A DNA stretch of 64,000 nucleotides from Candidatus Saccharimonadales bacterium (GCA_041649215.1 JBAZNN010000001.1:700366-764365); one strand, 5' to 3'; positions 1 through 9,932 are shown, counted from the first letter of the stretch. Numbers and translations are program-made. The notes: a model not told the origin generated them from the letters alone.

Positions 1-1
1 A

Positions 2-1150
2 GGCAAACGAACGTTTGAGCGCCAACAAGTTTTGAAGGACATAACTTTCAATATCAAGAAAGGTGAATTTTTTGGCATAGTTGGTCGCAATGGATCAGGC
101 AAAAGTACGCTCCTCAAAATGCTGGCCAATATATACACACCAACCGAAGGCAACATACAGGTTGAAGGTAAGCTTACGCCGTTCATTGAGCTGGGTGTTG
201 GCTTTAGCCCAGAGCTGACGGGTCGAGAAAACGTGTTTCTTAATGGTGCCCTGCTCGGCTTTAACCACAAAGAAATGGAAGCAATGTACGATGACATTGT
301 AGAATTTGCTGAAATTGATCGGTTCATGGACCAAAAGCTTAAAAACTATTCGTCGGGCATGCAGGTGAGGTTGGCATTCTCCATTGCTATTCGGGCGCAG
401 AGCGACATATTAGTGTTGGATGAAGTGTTGGCCGTCGGAGACGCCATATTTCAAAAAAAATGCTATGACTACTTCAAGACCCTTAAAAAGAACAAGCAGA
501 CCGTAGTATTCGTTAGCCACGATACTGGAGCGCTGCAGGAGTATTGCGATAAAGGGATTGTGGTTGAAAACGGCAGCATAGTCTACGAGGGCCCAATAGA
601 CCGTGTCGTGAACACCTATCTAGATATTCTTAATGAAACCGAAGAACGTCATGACGAACAGACCGCAAGACCCGAAACGGACAGCAGCAAAGACGACATA
701 AAGAATCGTTGGGGAACGGGAGAGATAAAGATCAACAAAGTATATGTCGGGAAAGAGGGGGGTGATGAAGCGAGATCATTTAAAGACGAGGATTCGCAAA
801 TCGTTATTAGGGTTCAATTTGAAGCCGTAAGCTCTGTAGAAAGACCGGTTTACGGAATCACCATAACGGACGTTTCGGGTCAGATTATATTTCAATCAAA
901 CACACTCTGGTGTGAGTATAAGACGAAAGATATAATCCCTGGCGAAGTAGTCAATATCGAATGGATTATTCCGAACGCTTTCAATACTGGGACATTGCAC
1001 ATATCTCCAGCAGCAGCAGACTCAGTCGGGAGCGTTATCTATGAATGGCTCGAAAACGCGGCCACATTTAAGGTGAGAAAAAGACAGAAAAGCCACGGTC
1101 ACATCAACACCACACATAAACTAAACGTAACTTATGAGCACGATAACTAA
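2..1150 (+). CDS. wzt: Polysaccharide/teichoic-acid-type ABC exporter ATP-binding protein (Wzt/TagH family) with C-terminal Wzt_C-like carbohydrate-binding domain; 5' end cut by window edge
   Basis: The frame stays open back to nt 2 (GKRTFERQQVLKD...), so the TTG at 32 is probably not the true start. Walker A GRNGSGKST, signature YSSGMQVRLAFS, Walker B ILVLDE, H-loop VSHD. An extra ~150-aa beta-rich C-terminal domain follows (NRWGTGEIKINKVYV...TFKVR). Confidence 0.88.
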   Translation, partial: GKRTFERQQVLKDITFNIKKGEFFGIVGRNGSGKSTLLKMLANIYTPTEGNIQVEGKLTPFIELGVGFSPELTGRENVFLNGALLGFNHKEMEAMYDDIVEFAEIDRFMDQKLKNYSSGMQVRLAFSIAIRAQSDILVLDEVLAVGDAIFQKKCYDYFKTLKKNKQTVVFVSHDTGALQEYCDKGIVVENGSIVYEGPIDRVVNTYLDILNETEERHDEQTARPETDSSKDDIKNRWGTGEIKINKVYVGKEGGDEARSFKDEDSQIVIRVQFEAVSSVERPVYGITITDVSGQIIFQSNTLWCEYKTKDIIPGEVVNIEWIIPNAFNTGTLHISPAAADSVGSVIYEWLENAATFKVRKRQKSHGHINTTHKLNVTYEHDN

Positions 1151-2276
1151 CAAAGACATCTTGCAGCTGGGGGATTACCTGCGGCCGAACAACGACTTTT
1201 CGGTCAAAAAGACCTCTGGTATATGTGACGCATGCGGGGCATTTGGGCCATACGCGTACAAGAAAATAATCAACCACAAGCTGGCAGAGGACTGGAACCT
1301 GGATAACGATGAGCGCGTTGCTTTTAGCTGCAGGGAGTCAATGTTCTGTCAGTTCTGCGGATGTTCGTATAGATTACGCGCACTAGCAAAAGCATTAAGC
1401 CTTCATGTATCCAGAGAAGATCCCATGAGCCTCAATGAAGCAATCGAAAATGGAAAGTTGCATAATCTAAAAGTGGCCGAGATTAATTCATGCGGCGTAT
1501 TACACGATATTCTTAAAAACATCCCTAATCTTTCTTATTCGGAATACGGGTCAACAGTTCCAGAAGTGCCCCATGAGGATCTCATGGCCTTATCGTATGC
1601 CGATGACTCGTTTGACATCGTATTAACCTCAGATACCCTAGAACATGTCCCTGACCCACTAAAGGCACTTGAAGAGATAAAGAGAGTGTTGAAGCCAAAC
1701 GGCATTCACCTATTTACGGTTCCACTGCGTCTCGAAAAAAACACCGTAGTAAGAGCAAGCTTGGCACAGAACGAAAAAAAGGAAAAGTTATTACCGTCAT
1801 CGTATCATGGATCGGGAGAGCAGGATTACTTTGTTTGGAATGAATTTGGTCGCGATTTTCTAACGCTCGTACAAGGAATATATTGTACTGTTTCGCTCCA
1901 GTTCCTAAATCCATTAAACATGTTAGATCCCGTAAGTGTTATATCCGCCAGCAATAAAACGACAAAGCAGAGCAATACCAAGACAGTCGACTGTAGCTAT
2001 GCAAGTACTACTGGAGTAGAGCGAGTCCAAGATATGTACGGCAAAGAAAAGGTTGTGCTTCTAGCTGAACCAACCATTAATCTTGATCATCAGTTGGAGC
2101 GAGAAGAGTATATTTTTAATAAGTTCCAGCTCACCGCCAGTCACATAGAGAACCTGGAGAGCATAACGCTTGGTCAACGGGAGCACATTGATTCACTGGA
2201 ATCAAAACTACAAAGAATCGAAAGAGCACTGCCCATTAAAATGTTTCTTAAGCTTAGGAGCCTGCTCAGGAAATAA
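1134..2276 (+). CDS. Class I SAM-dependent methyltransferase with N-terminal Cys4 zinc-ribbon-like motif and C-terminal coiled-coil tail
   Basis: Methyltransf_11-like block DSFDIVLTSDTLEHVPDPLKALEEIKRVLKPNGIHLFTVP. N-terminal CDACG...CQFCGC. The last ~70 aa are heptad-like (IENLESITLGQREHIDSLESKLQRIERAL). Overlaps wzt by 17 nt. Confidence 0.8.
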   Translation: MSTITNKDILQLGDYLRPNNDFSVKKTSGICDACGAFGPYAYKKIINHKLAEDWNLDNDERVAFSCRESMFCQFCGCSYRLRALAKALSLHVSREDPMSLNEAIENGKLHNLKVAEINSCGVLHDILKNIPNLSYSEYGSTVPEVPHEDLMALSYADDSFDIVLTSDTLEHVPDPLKALEEIKRVLKPNGIHLFTVPLRLEKNTVVRASLAQNEKKEKLLPSSYHGSGEQDYFVWNEFGRDFLTLVQGIYCTVSLQFLNPLNMLDPVSVISASNKTTKQSNTKTVDCSYASTTGVERVQDMYGKEKVVLLAEPTINLDHQLEREEYIFNKFQLTASHIENLESITLGQREHIDSLESKLQRIERALPIKMFLKLRSLLRK

Positions 2277-2277
2277 G

Positions 2278-3606
2278 CTAGAGGGCCTTAAGGCATGCCG
2301 ACAGACTAGCACTAAGAGTCTCTTCCCAGCTTTCCGGAACGGTTGACGGTATTGAAGTGGATACAGTTTTGGGCGCAACCAAGATGGCAGCATTTATCGC
2401 CCCAGCCATAGACTCGGCGTCCGTATCAGACATGAAAATGTGGGCTGAGTAGTTACTAAGGTCAGTTTTATTGGCATATCGTGTTGTAACTACCTGCGTA
2501 CCTATAGAGGCAAATTCCAGGGTTGGGTAGTTAGGGTGTGGGGCCATCATAGGTGAGACAGCTAAATCTATAGTTTTGCTGAACGCAACGTAGTCTTCCA
2601 TCTTCATTTTTCCCAAGTTAGTAATAACTGCGCCCGAGGTTAGTTTTATGTCTGGCAAGCTATCTTGTCCAGCCATGAAGAACTCCCATTCATTAGGATC
2701 TAGAAAATCCGCCTTGACGCTATAGTCTATTGCATTGAGCGCTGTAAAGAATAAGTTACGGTGAACATCAGGCCTACCGTACAAGAACAAGCGCCTCTTT
2801 TCATCTTTCTTTTTCTGCATCTTTGCGCCCGAGGCAAGTCGGGATACGGCAGGCTCAAACCACTGCGCAGCGTTCGTCATGAAAGCAGGATAACTACGCC
2901 CTCGCATAAAGTCGTACATCAGCTTAGTGTTGCATAGAGGCACGAAGTTATTCATTTTGTATGTTGATTCGGCGAGCACATACAGGTCGCTGTTATTGTA
3001 GAATATGGGTTCAAAATCCTGCACAAGGTAAATAAACTTCTTGGTTAATGGCAGCTGGCCGAGAAGATACGCATCCCACCAAGCTGAGGCTACATACACG
3101 TCATCTGGATGCATAGGAAGATAACCGTAAATGTTATAAGCTCTATCGGCTACACTCATTACTGTGATGTCTGATTCATTAAGCTCTACGCCAACACCCC
3201 TGAAGAAGCCTGACATATTCTCTGCATTGCCCGTTTTTAGCGTTTGCACTATCCTGAGAGGTTTCTTCTGTAGCACGGCAGCTCGTCCGGCCACAATCAA
3301 GGCTGTGGCTGTGCCACCATAGAACGATTTATCATCAAGTGTCGGTATTAGTAGTACGACGGACGCCTCCTGTCCAACCATCGGCAGGGCAGGGTTGACG
3401 GGTGTTATATATTTAAGGGAGTTGTAGTATATTTTTTCAAGTGGAGCGGTGGTCTCAACGAGAAAACTATAATCTGTGCCATCTAGTATTCGGGTCGCTT
3501 TGTTTTCTATGCGTGCCGTGAGGTGCAATGTTTTGTGCAGGATCTTATTGCTTATATGTGCCGATTTACGGGCTGCACGTATAGCAGTTCGTTTTACTTT
3601 ACTCAT
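2278..3606 (-). CDS. Glycosyltransferase, WsaF-like (putative rhamnosyltransferase)
   Basis: 442-aa ORF with two Rossmann-like halves (LLIPTLDDKSFYGGTATALIV ... YLVQDFEPIFY). By recollection it resembles the WsaF rhamnosyltransferase family. Sits in a rhamnose locus and overlaps the upstream GT2 by 8 nt. Confidence 0.55.
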   Translation of the reverse strand: MSKVKRTAIRAARKSAHISNKILHKTLHLTARIENKATRILDGTDYSFLVETTAPLEKIYYNSLKYITPVNPALPMVGQEASVVLLIPTLDDKSFYGGTATALIVAGRAAVLQKKPLRIVQTLKTGNAENMSGFFRGVGVELNESDITVMSVADRAYNIYGYLPMHPDDVYVASAWWDAYLLGQLPLTKKFIYLVQDFEPIFYNNSDLYVLAESTYKMNNFVPLCNTKLMYDFMRGRSYPAFMTNAAQWFEPAVSRLASGAKMQKKKDEKRRLFLYGRPDVHRNLFFTALNAIDYSVKADFLDPNEWEFFMAGQDSLPDIKLTSGAVITNLGKMKMEDYVAFSKTIDLAVSPMMAPHPNYPTLEFASIGTQVVTTRYANKTDLSNYSAHIFMSDTDAESMAGAINAAILVAPKTVSTSIPSTVPESWEETLSASLSACLKAL

Positions 3607-4438
3607 GAAATTCCTTAGTTATCTTGGGCAGGAACGGATCACCCTTTTTGGTATCAAAACCCTTAACATAGCTTAAATATGACCAGTAAAAGTCATTATA
3701 TGGGATTGGTGTAAATTTCCGCGACTGACTTTCTTTGTGCAAAATATATCCACCACCAACGTACCAGGTTTGTCTGCCCTTTGCATTGAGCCGAAGACAC
3801 AAGTCTACATCGCCACCGCAGATGATGAATCGTTCATCGAAGCCGCCTACCATATCGAACGCCTTACGTTGTACCACTTGTACCGCCCCTGTGACGGAGG
3901 ATAGAGGACGGTCTTTATCAATATCGTATGGGAACCGAGAGGTGCCTTTTTCTGCTCGGGCGCGATCGTAGTTCTCGGTAACGTAAAGGTGCTCCGCTTG
4001 GCCGCCTGGGCGTAAATATACTCCAGCGTGTTGTATAGTCTTTTCGCCACCAAATAATAACAGACAGCCCGTGATACCAACACTAGGGGACTGAGCTTTT
4101 TTGTACATTCTCTCAATAAGTCCGACCGAGCCTGGGCGTAACTCAGTATCGTTATTCAGAAACATGATGGTCTTGCCCGAAGACCTGCGGACTGCCCAGT
4201 TGTTTATTTTTTGATAGTTGAACGGTCGATTATAAATCAGTACTTTCGAGTTTGGGTAAGCGGCAATACCGGACTGTACAGCTTTAAGTTCCTCGGACGA
4301 AGAGTTGTTGCTGATTAGGATTATTTCCTTGACGGGGGGGCCAAACTCCAGCAGAGAACTGACTGCCTGCAAGGTCATTTTGGCTTTGTCTTTAAACGGA
4401 ATGATAACAGAAATATCAAGCTTGCTGTTTCTCGGCAT
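3599..4438 (-). CDS. Family 2 glycosyltransferase
   Basis: N-terminal ISVIIPFKDKAKMT, NNDTEL (DXD-like), GGDVDLCLR. Typical GT2 rhamnosyltransferase-like layout. Confidence 0.85.
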   Translation of the reverse strand: MPRNSKLDISVIIPFKDKAKMTLQAVSSLLEFGPPVKEIILISNNSSSEELKAVQSGIAAYPNSKVLIYNRPFNYQKINNWAVRRSSGKTIMFLNNDTELRPGSVGLIERMYKKAQSPSVGITGCLLLFGGEKTIQHAGVYLRPGGQAEHLYVTENYDRARAEKGTSRFPYDIDKDRPLSSVTGAVQVVQRKAFDMVGGFDERFIICGGDVDLCLRLNAKGRQTWYVGGGYILHKESQSRKFTPIPYNDFYWSYLSYVKGFDTKKGDPFLPKITKEFHE

Positions 4439-4464
4439 CAGAGTAATATTAACAGAAACCAGAT

Positions 4465-6858
4465 CTAATTAATAGAGTTTCCTAGAGTAACGTAGCTCAA
4501 GAAATCATCAGGTACGTCAACGGTATTATTGGCAGATCCACCCATTGAAAGAAAAGTAGAATAAGTAAGTATCTGGTGGGCAGCATTACCCTGGGCATAG
4601 TAAATTAGACCACTAGATAAACGTGCAAACGAAAAGGATTTACTATTTTGCGCAACCGGTAGTGTCCCAAGAAATACATTTGAGAAGCTGCAACGTGCCG
4701 CGGCACCTACCCCCCAGCTTGTGAGCGTTTGCGCCGAAACCGGTATACGTGTCCCACGGTACACTATGTAGGTTGCACCATCCTGCGCCTGGACGAGGCT
4801 TTGGAGGGCAGGCCCCATCACTGCCGAATCGCTGATACGGTACACGTTTGAAGCATCAAATCGGAATGCTCCTAGCTGATCTTGTGAACTGAGCGCACAA
4901 GCGGAGCCATCGATATCACGCAGAAATATCATTTGTTGCTTTGTGGGGTCAGTAAGTTGATATAGGGTTCCGCCGCCGGGAGTGATGTAGGGCGTGGTCA
5001 TGGACATGTTCTGCACCGCATCGCTAATTGCCAAAGGGCTTTTATTAAATGGAGACTTGAAAAAGTCGGCAAGATTATAAAAGGGAGTAATGGAAGACCC
5101 CTGTACTCTAAACAATAGACCAGTAGGCAACCTGAAGGTTGTGCTTGCGTCTACGATAGCCTGCGTAGGTTTGGCATCTATAATAGTGCCTAAAGCATCA
5201 AGCGCCTGCGCAGCCGGCCAGTCACTAGCAACGTTTGTTATATCGTACTTATAGCCCCCACTCAAAACGTACTTTTTTGTACCGCCTGCCGTGCTTACTA
5301 TTGATGGTATGATGCCTGCGGGCGTCGGTGGGGATGACACATAGAGAGACGCATTATCAGTCATAACAACCGAGCTAGGAGCTATAAGTGACCGAAGTAC
5401 ATCATACGAGTTAATCGCATAAAAAGCTCCACCACTGTAAGCGTAAAAAACTGGGCTAGCGCCAAACTTAACGAACGAATTATTCTCAGGCAATGAATAG
5501 CCGATCGGCTGGTTTGAGTTTATGGGACTGGTTACGGGTGTGATATCACTAGCTGTGAAACCGTTCTGCAGCAAGGCCGGGTACGTTAGGAAGGGGCGTT
5601 TGTTCCCCGACTGCATAAGATAAATAGCAGTGCCATTCAGCATGAGTCTCTTTAGGTCACCGCCATTCAGAATGAGGCTGAAAAGGTAGGGGCTGAGGGG
5701 TTTCGTAGTAGCTGTGGTTAAGCACGATGGCACTCCCCAGTCGGCGCATTGTTGTTGGGTAGAAAAGCCAAACCGGTATCCGTTATCAGCCAGATAAACT
5801 GCGCCTTGTCCTTCAACGGTGAATGTCGTCCCCAGCGTACCGCCATCGGTCAATGAGTTCATGTATGTGTCGCTGACGGGTGTCACTTTTGTTTTAGCGA
5901 AACCATAAGCTCTTAAAACGTCATACGAGGGAATCCCATAGCGCGTAGTTCCGCTTTGTAGATAGACTGCTGGACTAGCAGGAGACTGCAGAAGGAAGGT
6001 TCCTGAAGTGCTTCCAAACCAGTCATTAAAATATAACCAGAAATTACGGTTGCCGTAAGCACCACATGGTGGCGCAAGACCGTAACCTGCGGCCAAGGCG
6101 GCAGCGTTTGGTTGGTATGGTGTGTAGTCGTAAAGCGAGGCCGTGGCTTGATTTTGGATATTTAAGTACGACCCACCACAGCTAGACGAGGGGTTGTACA
6201 AGACGAAGTTGCCGGGTCCTGGAACGTAGTTAAAGCTATTCGGATAGTTGGCGTAGTTCCGGAACTGAGCGGCTGCGTGATTAACCTGGTTCCAAAATCC
6301 ATAATATTGAGAATTACACACCGCCGTATCTGGGCATCCGTAGCCGGTGGCTGCCTGGTATTGGTACGCAAATGGCCAATCGTCGGTTACTAATCCTTGC
6401 TCCTTTTGTAGTAAGACAATGAGAACCTGTGGGTTGATCCCATAATAAGTTGACGCTATAGATATTATTTGTGCGGCGCTTTGCGCCCCTGGTGGGATAG
6501 GAGCTGCCTGGCCGCTTACTTTTGTAAGGTTGTTTTCGTGAGTGCTTGGATTTTCGTAGTACCCTTTTAGGCATGTAAGTGGCAATAGTTGACCATTGTT
6601 TGCCGCGTAGTTAGCCCTACTTGTGCTCGTGCTGCCATTGGTTCCCCAGTTATCACACACGGGAACCTTGCTGTTTAAGAATGCCTGAATTTGGTCTACG
6701 GTCATAGACGAGCTGTTGTAAAACACCGAATCATCAATGATGCGCGTTGGATCGAATGCGGCAGTTGAGACCGCATGAACTTGTGGCGTAAATATAATTG
6801 CCAGAGAGCTCAAGGCTATACCAAGAACACCAAACAGCCAGAGGCTACGCTTCATCAC
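4465..6858 (-). CDS. Large secreted protein of unknown function (signal peptide; Cys-containing conserved N-terminal domain, beta-rich repeats)
   Basis: 797-aa ORF. Signal peptide MMKRSLWLFGVLGIALSSLAIIFTPQVHA. N-domain motif IIDDSVF...MTVDQIQAFL...LIVLLQKEQGLV. No catalytic motif that I can name. Confidence 0.75.
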   Translation of the reverse strand: MMKRSLWLFGVLGIALSSLAIIFTPQVHAVSTAAFDPTRIIDDSVFYNSSSMTVDQIQAFLNSKVPVCDNWGTNGSTSTSRANYAANNGQLLPLTCLKGYYENPSTHENNLTKVSGQAAPIPPGAQSAAQIISIASTYYGINPQVLIVLLQKEQGLVTDDWPFAYQYQAATGYGCPDTAVCNSQYYGFWNQVNHAAAQFRNYANYPNSFNYVPGPGNFVLYNPSSSCGGSYLNIQNQATASLYDYTPYQPNAAALAAGYGLAPPCGAYGNRNFWLYFNDWFGSTSGTFLLQSPASPAVYLQSGTTRYGIPSYDVLRAYGFAKTKVTPVSDTYMNSLTDGGTLGTTFTVEGQGAVYLADNGYRFGFSTQQQCADWGVPSCLTTATTKPLSPYLFSLILNGGDLKRLMLNGTAIYLMQSGNKRPFLTYPALLQNGFTASDITPVTSPINSNQPIGYSLPENNSFVKFGASPVFYAYSGGAFYAINSYDVLRSLIAPSSVVMTDNASLYVSSPPTPAGIIPSIVSTAGGTKKYVLSGGYKYDITNVASDWPAAQALDALGTIIDAKPTQAIVDASTTFRLPTGLLFRVQGSSITPFYNLADFFKSPFNKSPLAISDAVQNMSMTTPYITPGGGTLYQLTDPTKQQMIFLRDIDGSACALSSQDQLGAFRFDASNVYRISDSAVMGPALQSLVQAQDGATYIVYRGTRIPVSAQTLTSWGVGAAARCSFSNVFLGTLPVAQNSKSFSFARLSSGLIYYAQGNAAHQILTYSTFLSMGGSANNTVDVPDDFLSYVTLGNSIN

Positions 6859-7424
6859 TTTTGTACCGTTACTGACCCGGTAGCTTTGTTGGAAACAATA
6901 GAGCTACCTTGTTGTACATATATAGTGACCTGCCAAGTACCCTCAGAGCTAAATTCGCTGGACGATACATCTATAGGCTCACATGAATAGTAGGTCGGGC
7001 CATTCGCGATAGCCACGGTTCGAGTGATAGTTGTTTGGCCAGCAAGGCTGAATGTTGCCACACATTGTCCGGTGGCGCTATTGCTTATCAAAGTTGTGAG
7101 AGTAACCGATCCGCCACGCGCAGATTGCCCTAAACGAGTGATGGTTATGGTGTTTTGCTGAGTTGACGTACTAGAACTAGTGCCTGAAGTGGTCTGTGGC
7201 GCGCCCTGTTGCTTTATGATGTCACCGGCTTGCTTTTGCTGTGCAGAAGGGGGGCCGTAGTCGACCGAGTTTACCGGACGAGAATGGGCACCGGTAAGAT
7301 TAGTTTTTTGTTCGGCTTTATGAAAATGTTTAAAGGATAGGTATAAGCCGCCAACAAGAACAAGCAGCCCGCAGACAGCCAGTAAAAAAAATCTATGGTT
7401 GGTTATATTGTTCTTAATTCTCAT
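6855..7424 (-). CDS. Membrane-anchored Ser/Thr-rich protein, unknown function
   Basis: 189 aa with one N-terminal TM (FFLLAVCGLLVLVGGLYLSF), a TSGTSSSTSTQQ linker and a beta-rich C-domain. 4-nt overlap with the downstream gene. Confidence 0.65.
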   Translation of the reverse strand: MRIKNNITNHRFFLLAVCGLLVLVGGLYLSFKHFHKAEQKTNLTGAHSRPVNSVDYGPPSAQQKQAGDIIKQQGAPQTTSGTSSSTSTQQNTITITRLGQSARGGSVTLTTLISNSATGQCVATFSLAGQTTITRTVAIANGPTYYSCEPIDVSSSEFSSEGTWQVTIYVQQGSSIVSNKATGSVTVQK

Positions 7425-7508
7425 CTTGAGCCTATTACTGTGACCGATAAATAACCACTACAATTATAACATGTTCTTATGTCAAGCGGCCTGAGTTAGC
7501 CACTAAAT

Positions 7509-9518
7509 TTAGTGCTGAATCTTGTAAATATAAAAAGTTACAGCGGGGTACTGCACTGTTCTTTCAAGCGTTCGGCATGTAGTATCGAGGGGCATCGAGC
7601 TGAGTTCGTATTTAATAAACCTGGTTAGCTTTTGATCGCACCGGTACGATACCACGAATAAGTCCGCCTGAACGAGCCTTATACTTTGTGGCTGATCGAA
7701 TAGCAATACGTGAGCGTAGCGGTTATAAATAGATTCGTTAGACCCTCCAACATAGTTTTTCCAAAAGGCATTGTTCGGGTATAGGTCTACGCCAGTTACT
7801 GCTGGACGGTTTGACATCTGGGGTACATTCTCTAGATAGAAGTTGTCGACTGATCCCCAGACATCGGTGGCTGACGAGATATTCTGTAGCGCTGTTTGCA
7901 GGCGTTTGTCAATTACAGGACCTAGACCTCTATATATAGGGTGGATCCGCACAATGCTCACCAGGGAAAGCGCCGCTAGTATACCAAGCCCGAGCACAAA
8001 CTTTCGTGCAAAAACAAAGAACATCCCCAGACACAGAATGGTGTCGAGTGCGAGTATCAGCCAGAAGTTTGAAACGAACAAAGGGTATTCAGCCCTGGTC
8101 TCTAGGCCAGCCCACAGGCCCAAGGCCAGGTAAGTGATGGCATAACCCAAGGACACAAATACTAATACACGAGACCCTTTAAGGTACTCAGATAAGAGAT
8201 GAATGCTGTAAACAAGCGTTATTATACCTAGAAAACCGAGGCCTATCATGAGGCGTTGCTGGGGCACTAGATGCAGTAAGAATAGCTTCGTCAGTATATT
8301 GGCGGGCGGCAAGAATAGATGTGCGAGGAACAGGAGATTGCCGGCCACTAGAAGCAGAAGTACCCACTCAAGTTTCTTGTGTTTGATGTACAGGTATAGC
8401 AATAGTGCCACGGATGGTAAAAAGACGGCCACAGAAAGCAGTATGAAATTTGATGACTCGCTTTGATTGCTGACATATCTTGTCCCCCTGGTAGTTCTTT
8501 CGAGCTGGGGCTGCAGATAAGTTACAAGTAATTGCTTGAAATCATAGCCACCTGACGGGACGTCGCGCTTACCTGGATAGGCAGTGTTATTGACGGTACT
8601 AATAACCCCCGATCGGGTAGTGACAAATACCGCACCCACAATGACGGCCATCGCTGCTGCGATTATAAAAGGGGATAATAGCGTCAACCGTTGCGTCAAT
8701 TTTTTACCGCTAGTTATTTGTATGAAGTAACCGATCAAGAAAAAGGCCACAACTATAGCAACAGGAATCTGATAGGGCGGGTACAGATTCAGCCCGAAGG
8801 CTATCAGGAGGTAGGCCAGTAACAACGTCCTAAGGGTTATAAGCAATTTTCTGCCCAGCCTCCTACCAAGAAAGACAAAAGAGCGATTTTCTAGCATACT
8901 CGTTCCGACTAGTAATATAAAAAACCCGTAAAATAGGGTTGCTACCGTGCTGGTTTGATACCACCAAAAAACGAACGGACTTAGCGAAATGAGCATTGAA
9001 CTAAATATGGCCAGAAGAAGTTTACCGCGCAATATACGTAAGAAAAAATAGTAAGAACTCACCAATAGCATTACTATGAGGAACCACCACTTGAACGCGA
9101 AAGCAAATTCTAAGGGTAAAACAAAGAATGATAAATTCTGTGGCTTAAATACTGCCGACCAGTCCTTATACGGAGCATCTCCCAGGACGCTCATGTCTGT
9201 ACCGCCGTTTATGTTTACATTTACTCTATGGAAACCATTCTTTTGTTGAGCAATTGTTAACTGGGTGTTTACTAGCCATTCGTCTGAGCGAATTGGCTGC
9301 GGATTGCCAAAAAGCAGCCCGGGATCATGGCTGGTCTGCCCGTACAGATAAGAGTGGTAAACCCCAACGGAACTACCACTAATTTTAAGGGAGGTGAGTA
9401 AAAGTAGTGCACCAAAAAGAACTAGTGGAAATAGGTGTATCTTGTACGTGCGGAGTAGTCTGACAGTGTGTCGTGAACCAGACCGTATAAACCTGAGGAA
9501 GACGTTTACCATAATCAC
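7509..9518 (-). CDS. Large polytopic membrane protein, GT-C-like glycosyltransferase candidate
   Basis: 669 aa with at least 12 hydrophobic segments and a first extracytoplasmic loop bearing a SDEW motif. GTG start overlaps the stop of the upstream small transporter (GTGA). No soluble catalytic domain. Confidence 0.6.
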   Translation of the reverse strand: MIMVNVFLRFIRSGSRHTVRLLRTYKIHLFPLVLFGALLLLTSLKISGSSVGVYHSYLYGQTSHDPGLLFGNPQPIRSDEWLVNTQLTIAQQKNGFHRVNVNINGGTDMSVLGDAPYKDWSAVFKPQNLSFFVLPLEFAFAFKWWFLIVMLLVSSYYFFLRILRGKLLLAIFSSMLISLSPFVFWWYQTSTVATLFYGFFILLVGTSMLENRSFVFLGRRLGRKLLITLRTLLLAYLLIAFGLNLYPPYQIPVAIVVAFFLIGYFIQITSGKKLTQRLTLLSPFIIAAAMAVIVGAVFVTTRSGVISTVNNTAYPGKRDVPSGGYDFKQLLVTYLQPQLERTTRGTRYVSNQSESSNFILLSVAVFLPSVALLLYLYIKHKKLEWVLLLLVAGNLLFLAHLFLPPANILTKLFLLHLVPQQRLMIGLGFLGIITLVYSIHLLSEYLKGSRVLVFVSLGYAITYLALGLWAGLETRAEYPLFVSNFWLILALDTILCLGMFFVFARKFVLGLGILAALSLVSIVRIHPIYRGLGPVIDKRLQTALQNISSATDVWGSVDNFYLENVPQMSNRPAVTGVDLYPNNAFWKNYVGGSNESIYNRYAHVLLFDQPQSIRLVQADLFVVSYRCDQKLTRFIKYELSSMPLDTTCRTLERTVQYPAVTFYIYKIQH

Positions 9519-9868
9519 TTATGGGCGTTTAATAAAAGCACACCACCAAGTATTAGGATAATGCCCAGAATTTTTATTGTAGTAAATGATTCCTTGAACA
9601 CAATAAATGAGGCAAAAAAGATCAATATATAAACAAGTGCTGTAGCCAGTGGAATTATATAGCCGAGATCAAACTTTGAGATCAGGTAGATGTATAAAAA
9701 GAAACTTATACCATACAGCGCAAAACCGATAACAGTGTAGAAGTTTACGTTAAACTGGAGTTTGTTATCGAGGTAGTGAATTGGTGCTCCAGCTTTAGCG
9801 CCCAGCTTAAGAATTACAAGCCCAACAGAGGTTGTCAGGGCATACAATAACAGGATAATTTTAGACAC
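9515..9868 (-). CDS. Small 4-TM DMT/EamA-type membrane protein (ArnE/ArnF-like flippase subunit candidate)
   Basis: 117 aa with four hydrophobic helices. Size and topology match small multidrug-resistance-like polyprenyl-sugar flippases. Translationally coupled to the GT-C-like gene. Confidence 0.55.
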   Translation of the reverse strand: MSKIILLLYALTTSVGLVILKLGAKAGAPIHYLDNKLQFNVNFYTVIGFALYGISFFLYIYLISKFDLGYIIPLATALVYILIFFASFIVFKESFTTIKILGIILILGGVLLLNAHK

Positions 9869-9932
9869 TCCTGTATTGTATAGAATAACTAGCTAAAGAT
9901 AAATTGTGAAAATATTCTAGCTTGCACAGAAC

